Assembly: GCA_000934665.2 (NCBI GenBank)
Contig: KZ538477.1
Location: forward strand, 1 to 64,000
DNA: 64,000 nt
DNA from: Catajapyx aquilonaris
Lineage: Eukaryota
Direction of reading: 5' to 3'
In this document: positions 42,201 through 54,165 of the stretch, piece by piece
Numbering within the stretch: the stretch's first letter is position 1
How the letters are laid out: every line of letters begins with the position of its first letter
The notes under the pieces: generated by a model
Seen by the model: the letters and a program-made list of their open reading frames with translations, nothing else
What the model was told of the DNA's origin: nothing
Database searches by the model: none
Translations under genes and position numbers: made by a program

Positions 42201-43099
42201 CTTGATTGGTCACTATTTTTTTGTTGTTAACAGTGTTAATATGAGAGGGGGGGGGGGATGTTGCGCCTTTGGACGCCACTCGCGCACTATCTGTGGCTCC
42301 TGACTAGCTTCCCCCCTCCCAGTTTTCTCCCCCCGACTCCACCCCCTTTCTGCCGACGCCACCGACGCTGGCGACGCCGCACTAACTCTCTTTCTCTCTC
42401 TCTCTCTCTCTCGACTCCAGGAAGGAAGAGAGCTCTTGAAGAGGGAAGGGCGGCTCTTGAATGAGCCCCACCCCCCTCCACTTCCACTAGTTATATCCCG
42501 AGGAAACATACATCTCATGCTATAGTATATGATGAGATATAGGAGGAGTAATTAGCGCCCGGTATAGATGCCTAATTAGGTGGAGAAACCTTTTTTTTTG
42601 TGGGGGCGGATGGATCCACACAAGTTTAGAACCTATGCTTCTGAGGAATGGATGCAGGCGGGGTTCATGCGTTTTGTTGTTTTTAAAATACATTAGTTAG
42701 AAATTGGGCGAAAAGAAAACCGCAGGATTCGAGTAATTACATTCCGGGCCAGTTTTGGAGTTGAATAAGACACCAGTGTTATTTTGGAATGCAAATGCTG
42801 GAATGTGAATTTCACCAAGCTCTGGATGGTCCTCCAGATTTGAATCTCTATACTTATGCTCGTTTGTTTATGCATTCAGTATTGTTGTTAAAGTTACTTG
42901 TTTTAGGCCCCTAGTCTGATGACCCTGGGTAAGCTATCCCGGGGGCAATCACCATGGCAGCATATGTAAAAGGATAGCAGTAAACAACCAGTTACCCCAG
43001 GGGGCAAGCTACCCCGGGTCACCAGACTATATACCTTAGTTGATTGCATATTTATTACGTGCAATATATAATGCGTATTTACGTGCAATATCGTGTGCT

Positions 43100-43830
43100 T
43101 TATCAATACATTCTATTTTATATTACTCTATTTTCATATTATTTTATCGATATATTAATTTAATTTATATTTTTATATTTATAGTTTTTATTTTATTCAT
43201 TTATTTAATAATTAATGTATTATTCATTTATTTAATATTTATTTCATATTTATTTCATATTTTAATATTTATTTCATATTTATTTCATATTTTAATATTT
43301 ATTTCATATTTATTTCATATTTTAATATATTACTATTTTAATATTTTATTTATTTGTTTTATATTTTTTAATTTTTATATTTGTTATGTTATACATTTAT
43401 TATATTATCGTACATTTGTTAGTATTATACATTTCGTTATATGATTATAGTTTTATTTTGATGTTTATTTTTATATATTTTATATTATATACATTACATT
43501 ACATTGTATTGTATATTGTATTATAATAACTGTTAAGTTTTTGTATTATATTAGTTATATTTTATTTATATGCTTATATTTATATTCATATATTATTTAT
43601 TTTATATATTATGTTATAATATTATCAGTATTATATTAGTTATATTTTATTTATATGCTTATATATTTATATTCATATATTATTTATTTTATATATTATG
43701 TTATAATATTATCAGTATTATATTAGTTATATTTTATTTATATGCTTATATATTTATATTCATATATTGTTTATTTTATATATTATGTTATAATATTATC
43801 AGTATTATATTAGTTACAGTATATCACTTG
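43100..43830. repeat. Extremely AT-rich low-complexity tract including 30-bp and ~90-bp tandem units
   Basis: ATTTCATATTTATTTCATATTTTAATATTT and TATTAGTTATATTTTATTTATATGCTTATA... repeats. Confidence 0.85.
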
Positions 43831-43844
43831 TGTTATATTATTTG

Positions 43845-43955
43845 CTAGCAGGAGACCCGTTCTTCGCCAAGTTTCAGGACTCTCAGTAGTCTGCAAGTGG
43901 GTCAGGTAGCCGTGACATACACACATACCGACAAACATTCTGTTTTATACGTAGA
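43845..43955 (-). mobile_element. Short Helitron-like element (internally deleted)
   Basis: Plus strand CTAGCAGGAGACCCGTTCTTCGCC...ACAAACATTCTGTTTTATACGTAGA; the internal GCCAAGTTTCAGGACT..GTGGG..AGGTAGCCGTGA segment also occurs near 29640, 37400-37470 and 52220. Confidence 0.55.
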
Positions 43956-44706
43956 GGTGTAGTGTCGTAATTTTTTTTCTTGCCGTTGCTTCTCATAGCT
44001 AGAATGTTTGCAGGTTGGTGGGAGGAGTTGGCGTACGTGGAAGTTCATACTCGGGCTCAGGCTGGGTGATGTGGAGAACTACAAGTTATTTGGCAGATAT
44101 TTCTTGCACAGTAATGCATAGGTTGACACCGGTATAGTCATGCTTGCAAGGGTGCCTGCCTCTGTCGCTCTCTCTCTCTCTCTGTCCTGCGCAGCGCTTG
44201 GAGTGCTAAAACAGCGATCCACTGGTTGTGTATACAACAAGGTGCTTGGTATTTTGTTGACAAAAAGGAACTTCAATATATAGTGACAGGCCGTGTCCAT
44301 CCATCGAACACATCCGAGTGTGAACCAGTCAAACGGGGCGTTGGGAGGTGGTGGACATGTCATCACGAGCAAACAAAACTATACTATCGTGTATGTACAC
44401 TGCTGACGAGTGTGCATATTGGGGAGCCAGCCAGCCAGCCAGCCAACAACTGGCCATGCACACCGGACCACCGTGTCGCGTCGTCGTCCATCAAATGCGC
44501 TACGCACACATTTTCATTCCGAACTCTGCAACGACGACACAAAAAGGCCCCCACCGCATGACTCGGACCCACTCTTCCAGAAAATCACGCGACAACCATT
44601 CGCCATAACCACAGACATCGAGCCAGGGAAAAGTCAGGGGTGAAATATTGCTATACGAAAAGGGATCGGAAGAACCCAACCCGTTCCGGAACCGGCACAT
44701 TTTCGA

Positions 44707-44813
44707 CTAGAAGCGGAGCCCGTTCTTCGTAAACCCTTGCTATACCAACGGATTTAAGGCAGAGTAGGGCGATAGAGGGAATGGGACAAGCCAACAAACT
44801 TCGCCTTATATAT
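44707..44813 (-). mobile_element. Short Helitron-like element
   Basis: A|CTAGAAGCGGAGCCCGTTCTTCG...ATGGGACAAGCCAACAAACTTCGCCTTATATAT; the minus-strand 3' end reads CTAG|T. Confidence 0.55.
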
Positions 44814-45564
44814 GCTACAAATATTGTAAATTTTTGGGCGTTACTTTAAATCCAGAAGGTATGCGATGCAAGAGAGACCAAAGAGTGCACGCAAAATGGC
44901 GATTTTTAAGCGTCTTTATATAGATATCCAGCTGCGATTTCTCCCGCAGAGAGTGGCTTTGGTGTCATGCTGCCGAGCATGCTGCGAATCTGGAGTTAGC
45001 TATACGGAACATTGTTACCTATACTGTATATAATGTCAAGAGCGAGGGGGTGCCAGGTGCCAACTTTCCCTCCCAATATGTCAAGGAGTATATAGTTACG
45101 TGAGCTTATTGGTGTCTCAATTTGGATCAACGATTTTTAACATATTTCCACAGCTAATTTTCTTTCCTCAAACAACCGAATTAAATTAAACAACATTATC
45201 TGAAATTTGTGCTATAATAAACAGTATATGCTCTTTCTTACTCTGTGCCTTTATATAGCAAAGGAGGTGCATTCAACTTGAACTTGTAGTGTTTGACAGC
45301 ACGTCAGTAAAGCTGGCGAAACGCGGCTTTTCTCCTGAGCATTGATCCCTATATATACACAACAAGAGTGTACGGTTTGTTGCTTCGGTTTGATTGACTG
45401 ATTGCAGTCTGCTCAATTGTGAAATTGAAATATTCCAAGGAAAATGGTAAAGGTTTAGGCAGAACTTTATATACTGGTCGGTCTGTTGTTGAATGGTCCA
45501 AGTCAGATAATGATTTTTATAGCATTATTTAGCCCGTACTTTAAGAAAATATTGTAGACTTCAG

Positions 45565-45925
45565 CAGGGAGCATATACTATACATAAGAGGCGCAAACTT
45601 CTGTCGGCGCCTTTGATGTTCGCGTCTCTCTGTTTGGGGCCGTTGCCAAGGCTGGCGGCCATCTTGAAGTGTGGGCAACGCCAACGAGGTATAAATAGGG
45701 TACAGGCAAAAATAGGGTCCGCCATCTTTGATGGTTTTGGCGGCCATAACTACACGGCAAGAACACGCGCGAATCAAAGATGGCGGACACAATTTTTGCC
45801 TGTACCCTATTTATACCTCGTTGGCGTTGCCCACACTTGAAAATGGCAGCCAGCCTTGGCAACGCCCCAAACAGAGAGACGCGGAAATCGAATGTTTGCG
45901 CCTCTTATGTAGTATAAGCTCCCTG
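45565..45925 (+). mobile_element. P-like MITE copy 2
   Basis: CAGGGAGC...GCTCCCTG with perfect 7-bp TSD ACTTCAG. Confidence 0.93.
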
Positions 45926-46399
45926 ACTTCAGGGTCTGAAAGAAAATGCTTCAGTTCAACCTAATATTAGCTGCCTATAAGTAACTTGAGCATGTTTGTC
46001 CGGAATAAGTTATCATCACTGCTCATTCGGTGCATGTAGTACCAATACCCCCCGCACCATCTGAGAGTGGCAGTAGTGTCCCGAGAGGCAGTCTGCGCCA
46101 TCTCTTGTAGAAATACGGTACTCTGTGGACAATCGGAAGCCCTTGGCAGTTTTGTTCAAGTTTTGTCACTAGTTAATAAGCATCTTAGTGCCAATCTTTT
46201 GGTAACTAACACCCTGTACTTCAGCACTTTTCTTTCCAGAATGGGAATCGGTATCGTAATCAGATGCATGGCGAACCGCAGTAATACCAACACGTCACGC
46301 TACTTTTGAGCGTAATAATTACCAGGTCATTTCCCGTGAATTTTGCAACGAGCACGCACATAATGTACCCGCAATTATAACCATTAAAACAATGCGACA

Positions 46400-47775
46400 A
46401 AGGTCACCTAAATTTTGACATTTTAAAATCCTTACAACATCAATTAAGATTAAACTACACATATTTAGGTCGTGTTCATTTTAACCACTTTTTTTTAAAA
46501 AAAACGCTTTTATCCCAAATATTCGCTGTGACCGTTAAATATTATAATATAGCCTACAGGGTGTCTCAACTTTTTTGTCCAAATAGTTATCGGAATAGCC
46601 TATGTATCTTCTAGCTATGTAGCCAGAATATGCCCCAACATTCAAATTGGGACAAAAAAGTTGAGACACCCTGTATATTAAACAATACATTTTGGTCTTG
46701 TTCAATTTAACCAGTTATTTTAGCCGTCATCCCAAATATCGACACTAATATTATCAAATATTTAAAACTACAAAGATCTTGTTCATTTTAACCAGTTATT
46801 TTGATCATTACTCTCAATATTAGCTGTTATATTATTAACAAAGATTAGGCCGCATATTTTGGCCGTGTTCATTTCAACCAGTTACGTTTAGCCATTATCC
46901 AAAAATATTAGTTGTTAATATTAAAGATTAACAAAGATTAAAGTACTCATTTTGGTCTTGTTCATTTTAACCAGTGTTTTGGTTGTTATTCAAAACATTA
47001 CCTATTAACATCGTTAACAAAGAGATTAAGCTACATATTTTGATCGTATTCATTTTTACCAGTTACATTAAGCCGTTATCCAAAAAAAACTTAGCTGCTG
47101 ACATTAAAGATCAACAAAGATAAAAAGTTACGTACACATTTAGGTCGTGTTTATTTTAACAAGTTATTGTAGTCGTTATCCACAATATTAGCTGTTCCCA
47201 TTAAAGATTAACTAAGGTTAACCTACATAGTTTGGTCTTGTTTATTTTACACAGTTATTTTTAGCCATCATTGTCCAAAATATTAGCTGCTGTGGACATT
47301 ATAGCAGATTAACAGATTAAGCTACATAAATTTTGGTCGTGTTCATTTTTAACCGGTTATTTTTAGCCATTGTGCGAAATATTAGCTGTAGACATAATAT
47401 ATTATTACAAAAATTAAGCCGCTTAAATTATGTTCGTGTTCATTTTAACCAGTTATTTTTAGCCATTGTGGAAATATTAGATGTAGACATAATAGATTAA
47501 CAAAGATTAAGCTGCTTAAATTATGGTCGTGTTCATTTTTAACAGGCTATTTTTAGCCATTGTCCAAAATATTAGCTGTGGTCATAATATATTATTACAA
47601 AGATTAAGCTGCTTAAATTATGTTCGTGTTCATTTTTAACAGGCTATTTTTAGCCATTGTCCAAAATATTAGCTGTGGACATAATAGATTAACATAGATT
47701 AAGCCGCTTAAATTATGTTCGTGTTCATTTTAACCAGTTATTTTTAGCCATTGTCCAAAATATTAGCTGTGGACA
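46400..47775. repeat. ~95-bp tandem satellite, about 13 units
   Basis: GGTCGTGTTCATTTTAACCAGTTATTTTTAGCCATTGTCCAAAATATTAGCTGTGGACATAATAGATTAACAAAGATTAAGC; spacings of 94-97 bp at the right end. Confidence 0.9.
46557..46673. mobile_element. Tc1/mariner-type mini-MITE inserted in the satellite
   Basis: TA|CAGGGTGTCTCAACTTTTTTGTCC...GGACAAAAAAGTTGAGACACCCTG|TA. Confidence 0.9.
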
Positions 47776-48624
47776 CTAGCTAGAATGTTTTTTGAGGTAT
47801 AATGAGCAGGATGTTTCCTATGACTTTGTCCGAACGTTGCCATTGCCATTAGCTCGTCCCATATGGGTCACGACCTTGTTTTAAAAAATCGGTTTGAAGT
47901 CGGCTGCGTATAAGCCAATCAGCCTAAACTTGATTACACCCTATCCACACCCTTGAAAAAAAAAGAAAAAGCGCTTCATACCATGACGTGATTTGAGGGA
48001 GCGCGGTATATATGTCATGTCAGAGCCGCATTAAAAAATTGACAGGGCCTATAGACGAGAAGGTAACAAAAAAAATAAAACAGCTATAGCCCTTGAACTT
48101 TTTTCTGCCGGATTTAGGAGAATAATAAATAACATCCTTTTTTTTGCCTGTGGAGAGCACAGCATAATGCGGTGGTGCGCTGATCAATTTATTATTAACA
48201 ATGAGACATTTTAAAGCTTCACACTGCCAGGTCTATCTAGTAGACTATAGGTGGGTTGGAGGTTTATCGACTTTCTTTCACTGGATTAGTTTGGACTGGT
48301 GGGTATAGTAGGTGGAGGGGGGGTTTTGCTTTCAAATATGTAACCATACGGAAATGGTGGACATTTTGGGTCGACACGACGACGACGACGACGGGAGGGG
48401 AATGTTACGGTTCATGGCGTCACAGCGATTGGTCCGGAAATTACAGTACACTTCAGCCCCATTCACTTCATGCTGGGTTGATTATAATGGCCCTGCCACA
48501 CTCCATCCCACTCTTTATCGCACATATATGAATTTTACAAACCGAGAGCGACCGATTGCGCACCCACACTCGCGCAACGTGCACGGTTGGCATTAACAAT
48601 GATAAGCTCTCTGTATAGTGTGGG

Positions 48625-49191
48625 CAGGGAGCATATTATAGTACTACATAAGAGGCGCAAACTTCTGTCGGCGCCTTTCTGTTTGGGGCCGTTGCCATGG
48701 CTGGCGGCCATTTTGAAGTGTGGGCAACGCCAACGACGTATAAATAGGGTACAGGCAGAGGTGGGCACAGCTAACTTTCGATAACAGCTAACTTACTCAG
48801 AAAAACCATGGACATCACCAAATCGTTAATTCTTAACAGCTAGAAAGGTTAGTGATGGAAACCCCCCTAATCATTCTAGCTGTTTATCAGTAGCAATTTA
48901 GCGCCGCCCATGGTTTACTAACCGAATTAGCTGTTAGCGGAAGTTAGCTGAGCTAAAAATTTCGGTTAGCTTGCCCAGCTCTGGGTACAGGCAAATATTT
49001 TGGCGGCCATGGCAACTACACGGCAAGTACACGCGCGAATCAAAGATGGCGGACACCATTTTTGCCTGTACCCTATTTATACCTCGTTGGCGTTGCCCAC
49101 ACTTCAAAATGGCAGCCAGCCTTGGCAACGCCCGAAACAGAGAGACGCGGAAATCGAATGTTTGCGCCTCTTATGTAGTATATGCTCCCTG
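48625..49191 (+). mobile_element. P-like MITE copy 3, interrupted by a hAT MITE
   Basis: Same TIRs as the other copies; perfect 7-bp TSD GTGTGGG. Confidence 0.92.
48756..48983. mobile_element. hAT-like MITE nested in P-like MITE copy 3
   Basis: TIR CAGAGGTGGGCA / TGCCCAGCTCTG; perfect 8-bp TSD GGTACAGG (48748-48755 and 48984-48991); subterminal AGCTAAC repeats. Confidence 0.88.
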
Positions 49192-49575
49192 GTGTGGGTG
49201 TTCTGCGGTTTTTTAAGCATGTACCGTACCTATATACACTCTCAGCAAGTGAGGTCATGAAATGCATGCTGCTTGACCCCCCCGTATTATTGTTTCCATC
49301 ATTGTCAAGGTGAATCCACTGGAGCATTTTTGCTGTGCTGAGAGGTATTCTCTCTCTCTCTCTCTATTTGTTTTTCAGTTCCAAGTACCTGTAGACTCAA
49401 CTACGAGGATTCCACTTGAACGAAGCACATCAATGTTTTTCCTCTCTAGGGTTTGGCAAACTTTTCCTCTCTCTCTCTCAGTACCCCATCGGCTATGTTA
49501 AGAGAGCCAACTCGGCAAAACTAGTTTATACATTTACTGTAATTTTTCCGATGGAAAAATATGGGAGCTTGGATT

Positions 49576-49578
<3 letters not shown>

Positions 49579-49645
<67 letters not shown>
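49579..49645. repeat. (GA)n microsatellite
   Basis: Pure GA run. Confidence 0.97.
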
Positions 49646-49646
<1 letters not shown>

Positions 49647-49870
49647 AAAGGGGGCCCTTTCAGCATGTTACATCGAGCGTTATAGAGTTTTCTCTTCAAA
49701 AAGGAATCGGTCACTGCACAAGTGGCTTCAAGTTTTGAACTATTTTCACCTGAGGTTCCTTACGAAATTATTTTACCAATGTAGCGGACTCGTTGCCGAA
49801 ATTTGGCAACACTGCTTGGCCAACTTGGACGTAGTACGATAGGCACCTATCAGTTGTCGCACACTACTGC

Positions 49871-50225
49871 CAGGGAGCATATACTACATAAGAGGCGCAA
49901 ACATTCGATTTCCGCGTCTCTCTGTTTGGGGCGTTGCCAAGGCTGGCGGCCATCTTGAAGTGTGGGGAACGCCAACGAGGTATAAATATAGGGTACAGGC
50001 AAAAATAGTGTCCGCCATCTTTGATCCGCGCGTGTTCTTGCCGTGTAGTTGCCATGGCCGCCAAAACCCTCATAGATGGCGGACCCTATTTTTGCCTGTA
50101 CCCTATTTATACCTCGTTGGCGTTCCCCACACTTCAAGATGGCCGCCAGCCTTGGCGAACAGAGAGACGCGAACATCAAAGGCGCCGACAGAAGTTTGCG
50201 CCTCTTATGTAGTAGATGCTCCCTG
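49871..50225 (-). mobile_element. P-like MITE copy 4 (opposite orientation)
   Basis: Same TIRs; perfect 7-bp TSD CTACTGC. Confidence 0.93.
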
Positions 50226-50932
50226 CTACTGCCATGCTTAGGAGGTAAGTAGTTCACATGCACGTTGGTGATGAGTAAGCAGCGTGCGCCACCTACTGAA
50301 CTTATTCGCTTGCACAAAACACTAAATCTAAGTAACGCCACTTACCTGGTTTTTCCAGCCATTTGGACCACTCGAAATGTCCCCTAGGCAGAAATGCAAT
50401 GGCGTGGCCGAGACGGCTCGAGAGCGAATGTGACGCGATGCATAAATAACGAGGGCGCGTGTGTGAAGCTGGGGACTCTGAAGTGGGTCCCCCAATTGTC
50501 CTTGGCGCGTGTTAACAAGCGGCACAACCCAATCTGTTCATTAACTTGGCACATTAGCAAACCGTGTAATGATTTATCGGCGCGGTTGAAACATGTAGCT
50601 GTGTGCCAGACAAGAAGATGCCCGGATGTATGTGTCTGCAATGTGATCCAAACAAAAGTCGTGGCTTTTTAACAAATACATGTCTGGGCTCCCTGGCATC
50701 CGTCAGTTTCTGCTTTCCGAAATCAACATCCTAAGCGCAAACATCCCTCCAAAAACACGAGGTCAACAACTTTGGCTGGACGGTAACCTCGATTGGCTCA
50801 CTTGATGGATTCGCCTGTCAAGCCATGCTGTTTTTTTTTGTTCTCTATTTGGTGTCAACGTTAGGATATTGGATGTCTATAAATTGGCAAAGGTTTTCTT
50901 GGGTATTCTATTGGCAGACTGGGACGTTCAAC

Positions 50933-51775
50933 TCACGTGAGTGGGTGAGTTCGCAACCTCCACACCATCTAGCGGTAGTAGTCACGTGATTGGACGAGTT
51001 CGCAACCTCCACACCATCTTGCGGTAGTAGTCACGTGAGTGGGCGAGTTCGCAACCTCCACACCAGATAGCGGTAGTAATCACGTTAGTTGGTTAGTTCG
51101 CAACCTCCACTCCATCTAGCGGTAGTAGTAACGTGAGTGGACGAGTTCGCAACCTCCACACCATCTAGCTGTAGTAGTCACGTGAGTGGGCGAGTTCGCA
51201 CCCTCCACACCATCTAGCGGTAGTAGTAACGTGAGTGGGTGAGTTCGTAACCTCCACACCATCTAGCGGTAGTAGTCACGTGAGTTGGTGAGTTCGCAAC
51301 TTCCACGCCAGATAGCGGTAGTAGTCACGTGAGTTGGTTAGTTCACAACTTCCACACCATCTAGCGGTGGTAATCACGCTAGTTGGTTAGTTCGCAATCT
51401 CCACACCATAGTCACGTTATTTGGTTAGTTCGCAACTTCCAAGCCATCTAGCGGTAGTAGTCACGTGAGTTGGTTAGTTCGCAACCTCCACACCATAGTC
51501 ACGTTAGTTGGTTAGTTCGCAACTTCCAAGCCATCTAGCGGTAGTAATCACGTGAGTGGGTGAGTTCGCAACCTTCACGCCATCTAGCGGTAGTAGTCAC
51601 GTGAGTGGGCGAGTTCGCAACCTCCACACCGTCTCGCGGTAGTAGTCACGTGAGTGGGTGAGTTCGCAACCTGCACGCCATCTAGCGGTAGTAGTCACGT
51701 GAGTTGGTTAGTTCGCAACTTCCAAGCCATCTAGCGGTAGTAATCACGTGAGTGGGTGAGTTCGCAACCTCCACC
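50933..51775 (-). repeat. 49-bp minisatellite, about 17-18 units
   Basis: Unit GAGTTCGCAACCTCCACACCATCTAGCGGTAGTAGTCACGTGAGTGGGT; period 49 (50947 to 50996); two shortened units near 51400-51500. Confidence 0.95.
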
Positions 51776-51857
51776 TCATAAAGTGTGCTCTTTAATAAAA
51801 ATCGATGTTATTATTATTATTATTAGAGAATTATTGTCTGCTCTTTCTCGTCTTCAG

Positions 51858-52022
51858 CTGGACGGGCGGATGTGCAAATCTCGTGCCCGTCGTTGTGCTG
51901 GTGGAGTAGGTCGCAACGTGTCCGAAGCTTTGACCCTCCTGGGTCACCGCCCCTTCTTCATCACCGCCCTGAGCAAGCACGACCCCTGGGGGCGCGACCT
52001 TCTCAATCGACCCCCATTCGCG
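51858..52022 (+). CDS. PfkB-family kinase (pseudouridine kinase-like domain), internal exon A
   Basis: Acceptor TCTTCAG and donor GTAAGT; 165 nt, phase 0/0; LDGRMCKSRARRCAGGVGRNVSEALTLLGHRPFFITALSKHDPWGRDLLNRPPFA contains PfkB signature 1 (GG.G.N.A.AL..LG ... D..G). Confidence 0.88.
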
Positions 52023-53884
52023 GTAAGTAAAGTGGCCTGAGACCGATGAGCCACACCAGGCTCTAATACACAGGATGGTTCAAAAAAAATAGTACAAAAC
52101 ACACACACTTCCTGAATAACAATTTGTCTACTAATTATAACCTAAACCGGAAAAATCCTACAAAAAAGTGCGATTTCCAGACTTTTTCCTCATTCAGCGG
52201 CACGTAAACCATTAGTGTGCCAAGTTTCAGGACTGTCAATAGTCTGAAAGTGGGTTAGGTAGCCGTGAGACATAAATACCGACAAACTTTTTGCTTTATA
52301 TAATTATACGTAAGACATTTCCTTCTAAATTATTAGGGCTGGTGGATCACCCTGTACTTTGTACTGTACAGACGACCGGGGGGGCCAAAGACGGCTTCAT
52401 TAACATTGCAGCATGGTCTGGTAGCTTTGCCTTTAGTGATGCCTCTTAAGTGGGGCGTGGCCGAGGCTGAATATTGAACCCCCCCCAGTTAACTATAGTC
52501 GGCATAGGAAAAGGGCTTATCTGGCTAAGCCCCTTAAGGCTATCAAAGTCCAAGCTGGCTCGTTTGACCACTACCCCCCAGCACTTCAGACAGTTAATTT
52601 GCATTGCGGAGGTGATAGCTATACGTTAGTTTGATTCTTGATCTACTAGTATAGTACGACATGCCACTAACCAGTTGGCCTACAGGCTGTACCGCACTGC
52701 TGCCGCTCTCAGGGAGAAAGTAGTACTACATGCACTTTGGTGATGAGTCGAGGCGTGTAGCGACAGAATCACACATAACCAATATCCTTGACTCATCACC
52801 AACGTGCATGTAGTACTACTTTTATCCGCTTTCATCGCATATAGCTAGGTGTGATTCTGTCCCTACACGGCTTGACTCATCACCAACGTACATGTAGTAC
52901 TACTGTCCCCTGTGGATTTAACCGTCCGTATATATCTGTAGGTGTACTACCAGATATTTACCAATTTAGATGCAGTGACACTTTCCTGGGTCTGATGCAG
53001 TCGATTAATTTATTCATGTCCGCTAATGACTGTGTTCACACGCCTAGTACAGGGCCTGCTAAGAAGTGTGATGGACAACGTTGTGCAATTTTTAAGCCCA
53101 GTTCAAATAGATTTGGATATTTTATAAGGGCTTCTTTTTTTCGGTGGTGGAGCCAAAAGTCATTCCAACTAGAGAGTGATAGACCCACAAAATATTGCAA
53201 TTTACATTTTGCGATTTTTTTTTGTTGGGAAGGCAAGGTAGAATCTTGGGAAATCATGCTGCAAGGTGTGTCATAACAATTCAGACGAACTTTCTAGTGC
53301 TATTCTAGGAAATGTCTTTCAATCACTGTAGAGTTTTTTTTTTAAATTGCTAATTCATGCGTGTACAGTACGATGTGTTACATCGAGCGGTTTTGCTGAT
53401 GTGTAGTTTATCAGGTGTACTTAAATTATAAGTGAAAACAAGTCTTTCCCTATTGTATTACAGGAAGGCTGGAGCGCAGCAGTTTCAGAAGATCGACCAT
53501 CAAGCGTTTATCTTGGCGTGTAATTACATATGGTGCACAAAATAAACGATATTTGAAACTTGCAATATGTTGTGACAAAATGCAATTAAATTTCTTATTA
53601 CGTACATTTGATATCTTCGCAATCTTCAGATTCGTATTATATGCTCTGAGAATGAACAGGGAGCCAATAAAAAAAATCTCGTATCCGGAACCTGCTAGTA
53701 CAAGTGGCGTAGATTTTAATAACCTGCATTTGTAAAGGCGAATAAATAAATAAGTAAGTAAATAAGTAAGTAAATAAGTAAATAAGTAGCCATAAAAATC
53801 TTATAGCCAAAACCTGGCAGTCATTTTCCCTCCGATTTTCTGACGGAATGGGCAGTACATGTTTTACAAGGGAGGAAAATACAA

Positions 53885-53960
53885 GCAGCCTGTGGGCATG
53901 GGGCTGAGGCGTCTTCCTCCTGATCTGAGGTTGCGGGTTCGAATCCCTCTGGAGACTGCC
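53885..53960 (+). pseudogene. tRNA-like module A (Arg-CCT-like) in the left arm; mirrored at 56200-56274 (minus)
   Basis: GCAGCCT...AGACTGC acceptor stem (6/7 pairs), loop CTCCTGA and perfect B box GGTTCGAATCC; anticodon stem poorly paired. Confidence 0.7.
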
Positions 53961-54090
53961 TCATTTTTCCAGATTTCCGCTTTTATAAAGTATGCAAGTC
54001 CTTTTTCCTTCCCTTTAAAATATTATTGTAATGCATACTGCATCTGGTAAATAGGCTAGACCCTTCCAACACACACACAATTTCGATACA

Positions 54091-54165
54091 CCAGAGCGTG
54101 GTTCTGTGGTAGCGCATCGGACTCTCGATCGAAGGGTCCTGGGATCTAATCCCGGGGCTTCTTCG
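54091..54165 (+). pseudogene. tRNA-like module B (CTC anticodon-like loop) in the left arm; mirrored at about 55995-56068 (minus)
   Basis: TGGTTCTGTGGTAGCGC A-box/D-arm-like segment, loop CTCTCGA, T-arm CCTGG-GATCTAAT-CCCGG with a degenerate B box. Confidence 0.6.

Noticed and set aside
43040..43848. Hydrophobic I/F/Y/L-rich ORFs resembling mitochondrial membrane proteins (NUMT)
   Set aside because: Simple AT-rich tandem repeats with no mitochondrial gene motifs
50933..51775. CRISPR-like array
   Set aside because: Units are repeated end to end with no unique spacers, there are no cas genes, and the context is eukaryotic. The same applies to the arrays at 6.9-7.9 kb, 24.4 kb and 36.7 kb.
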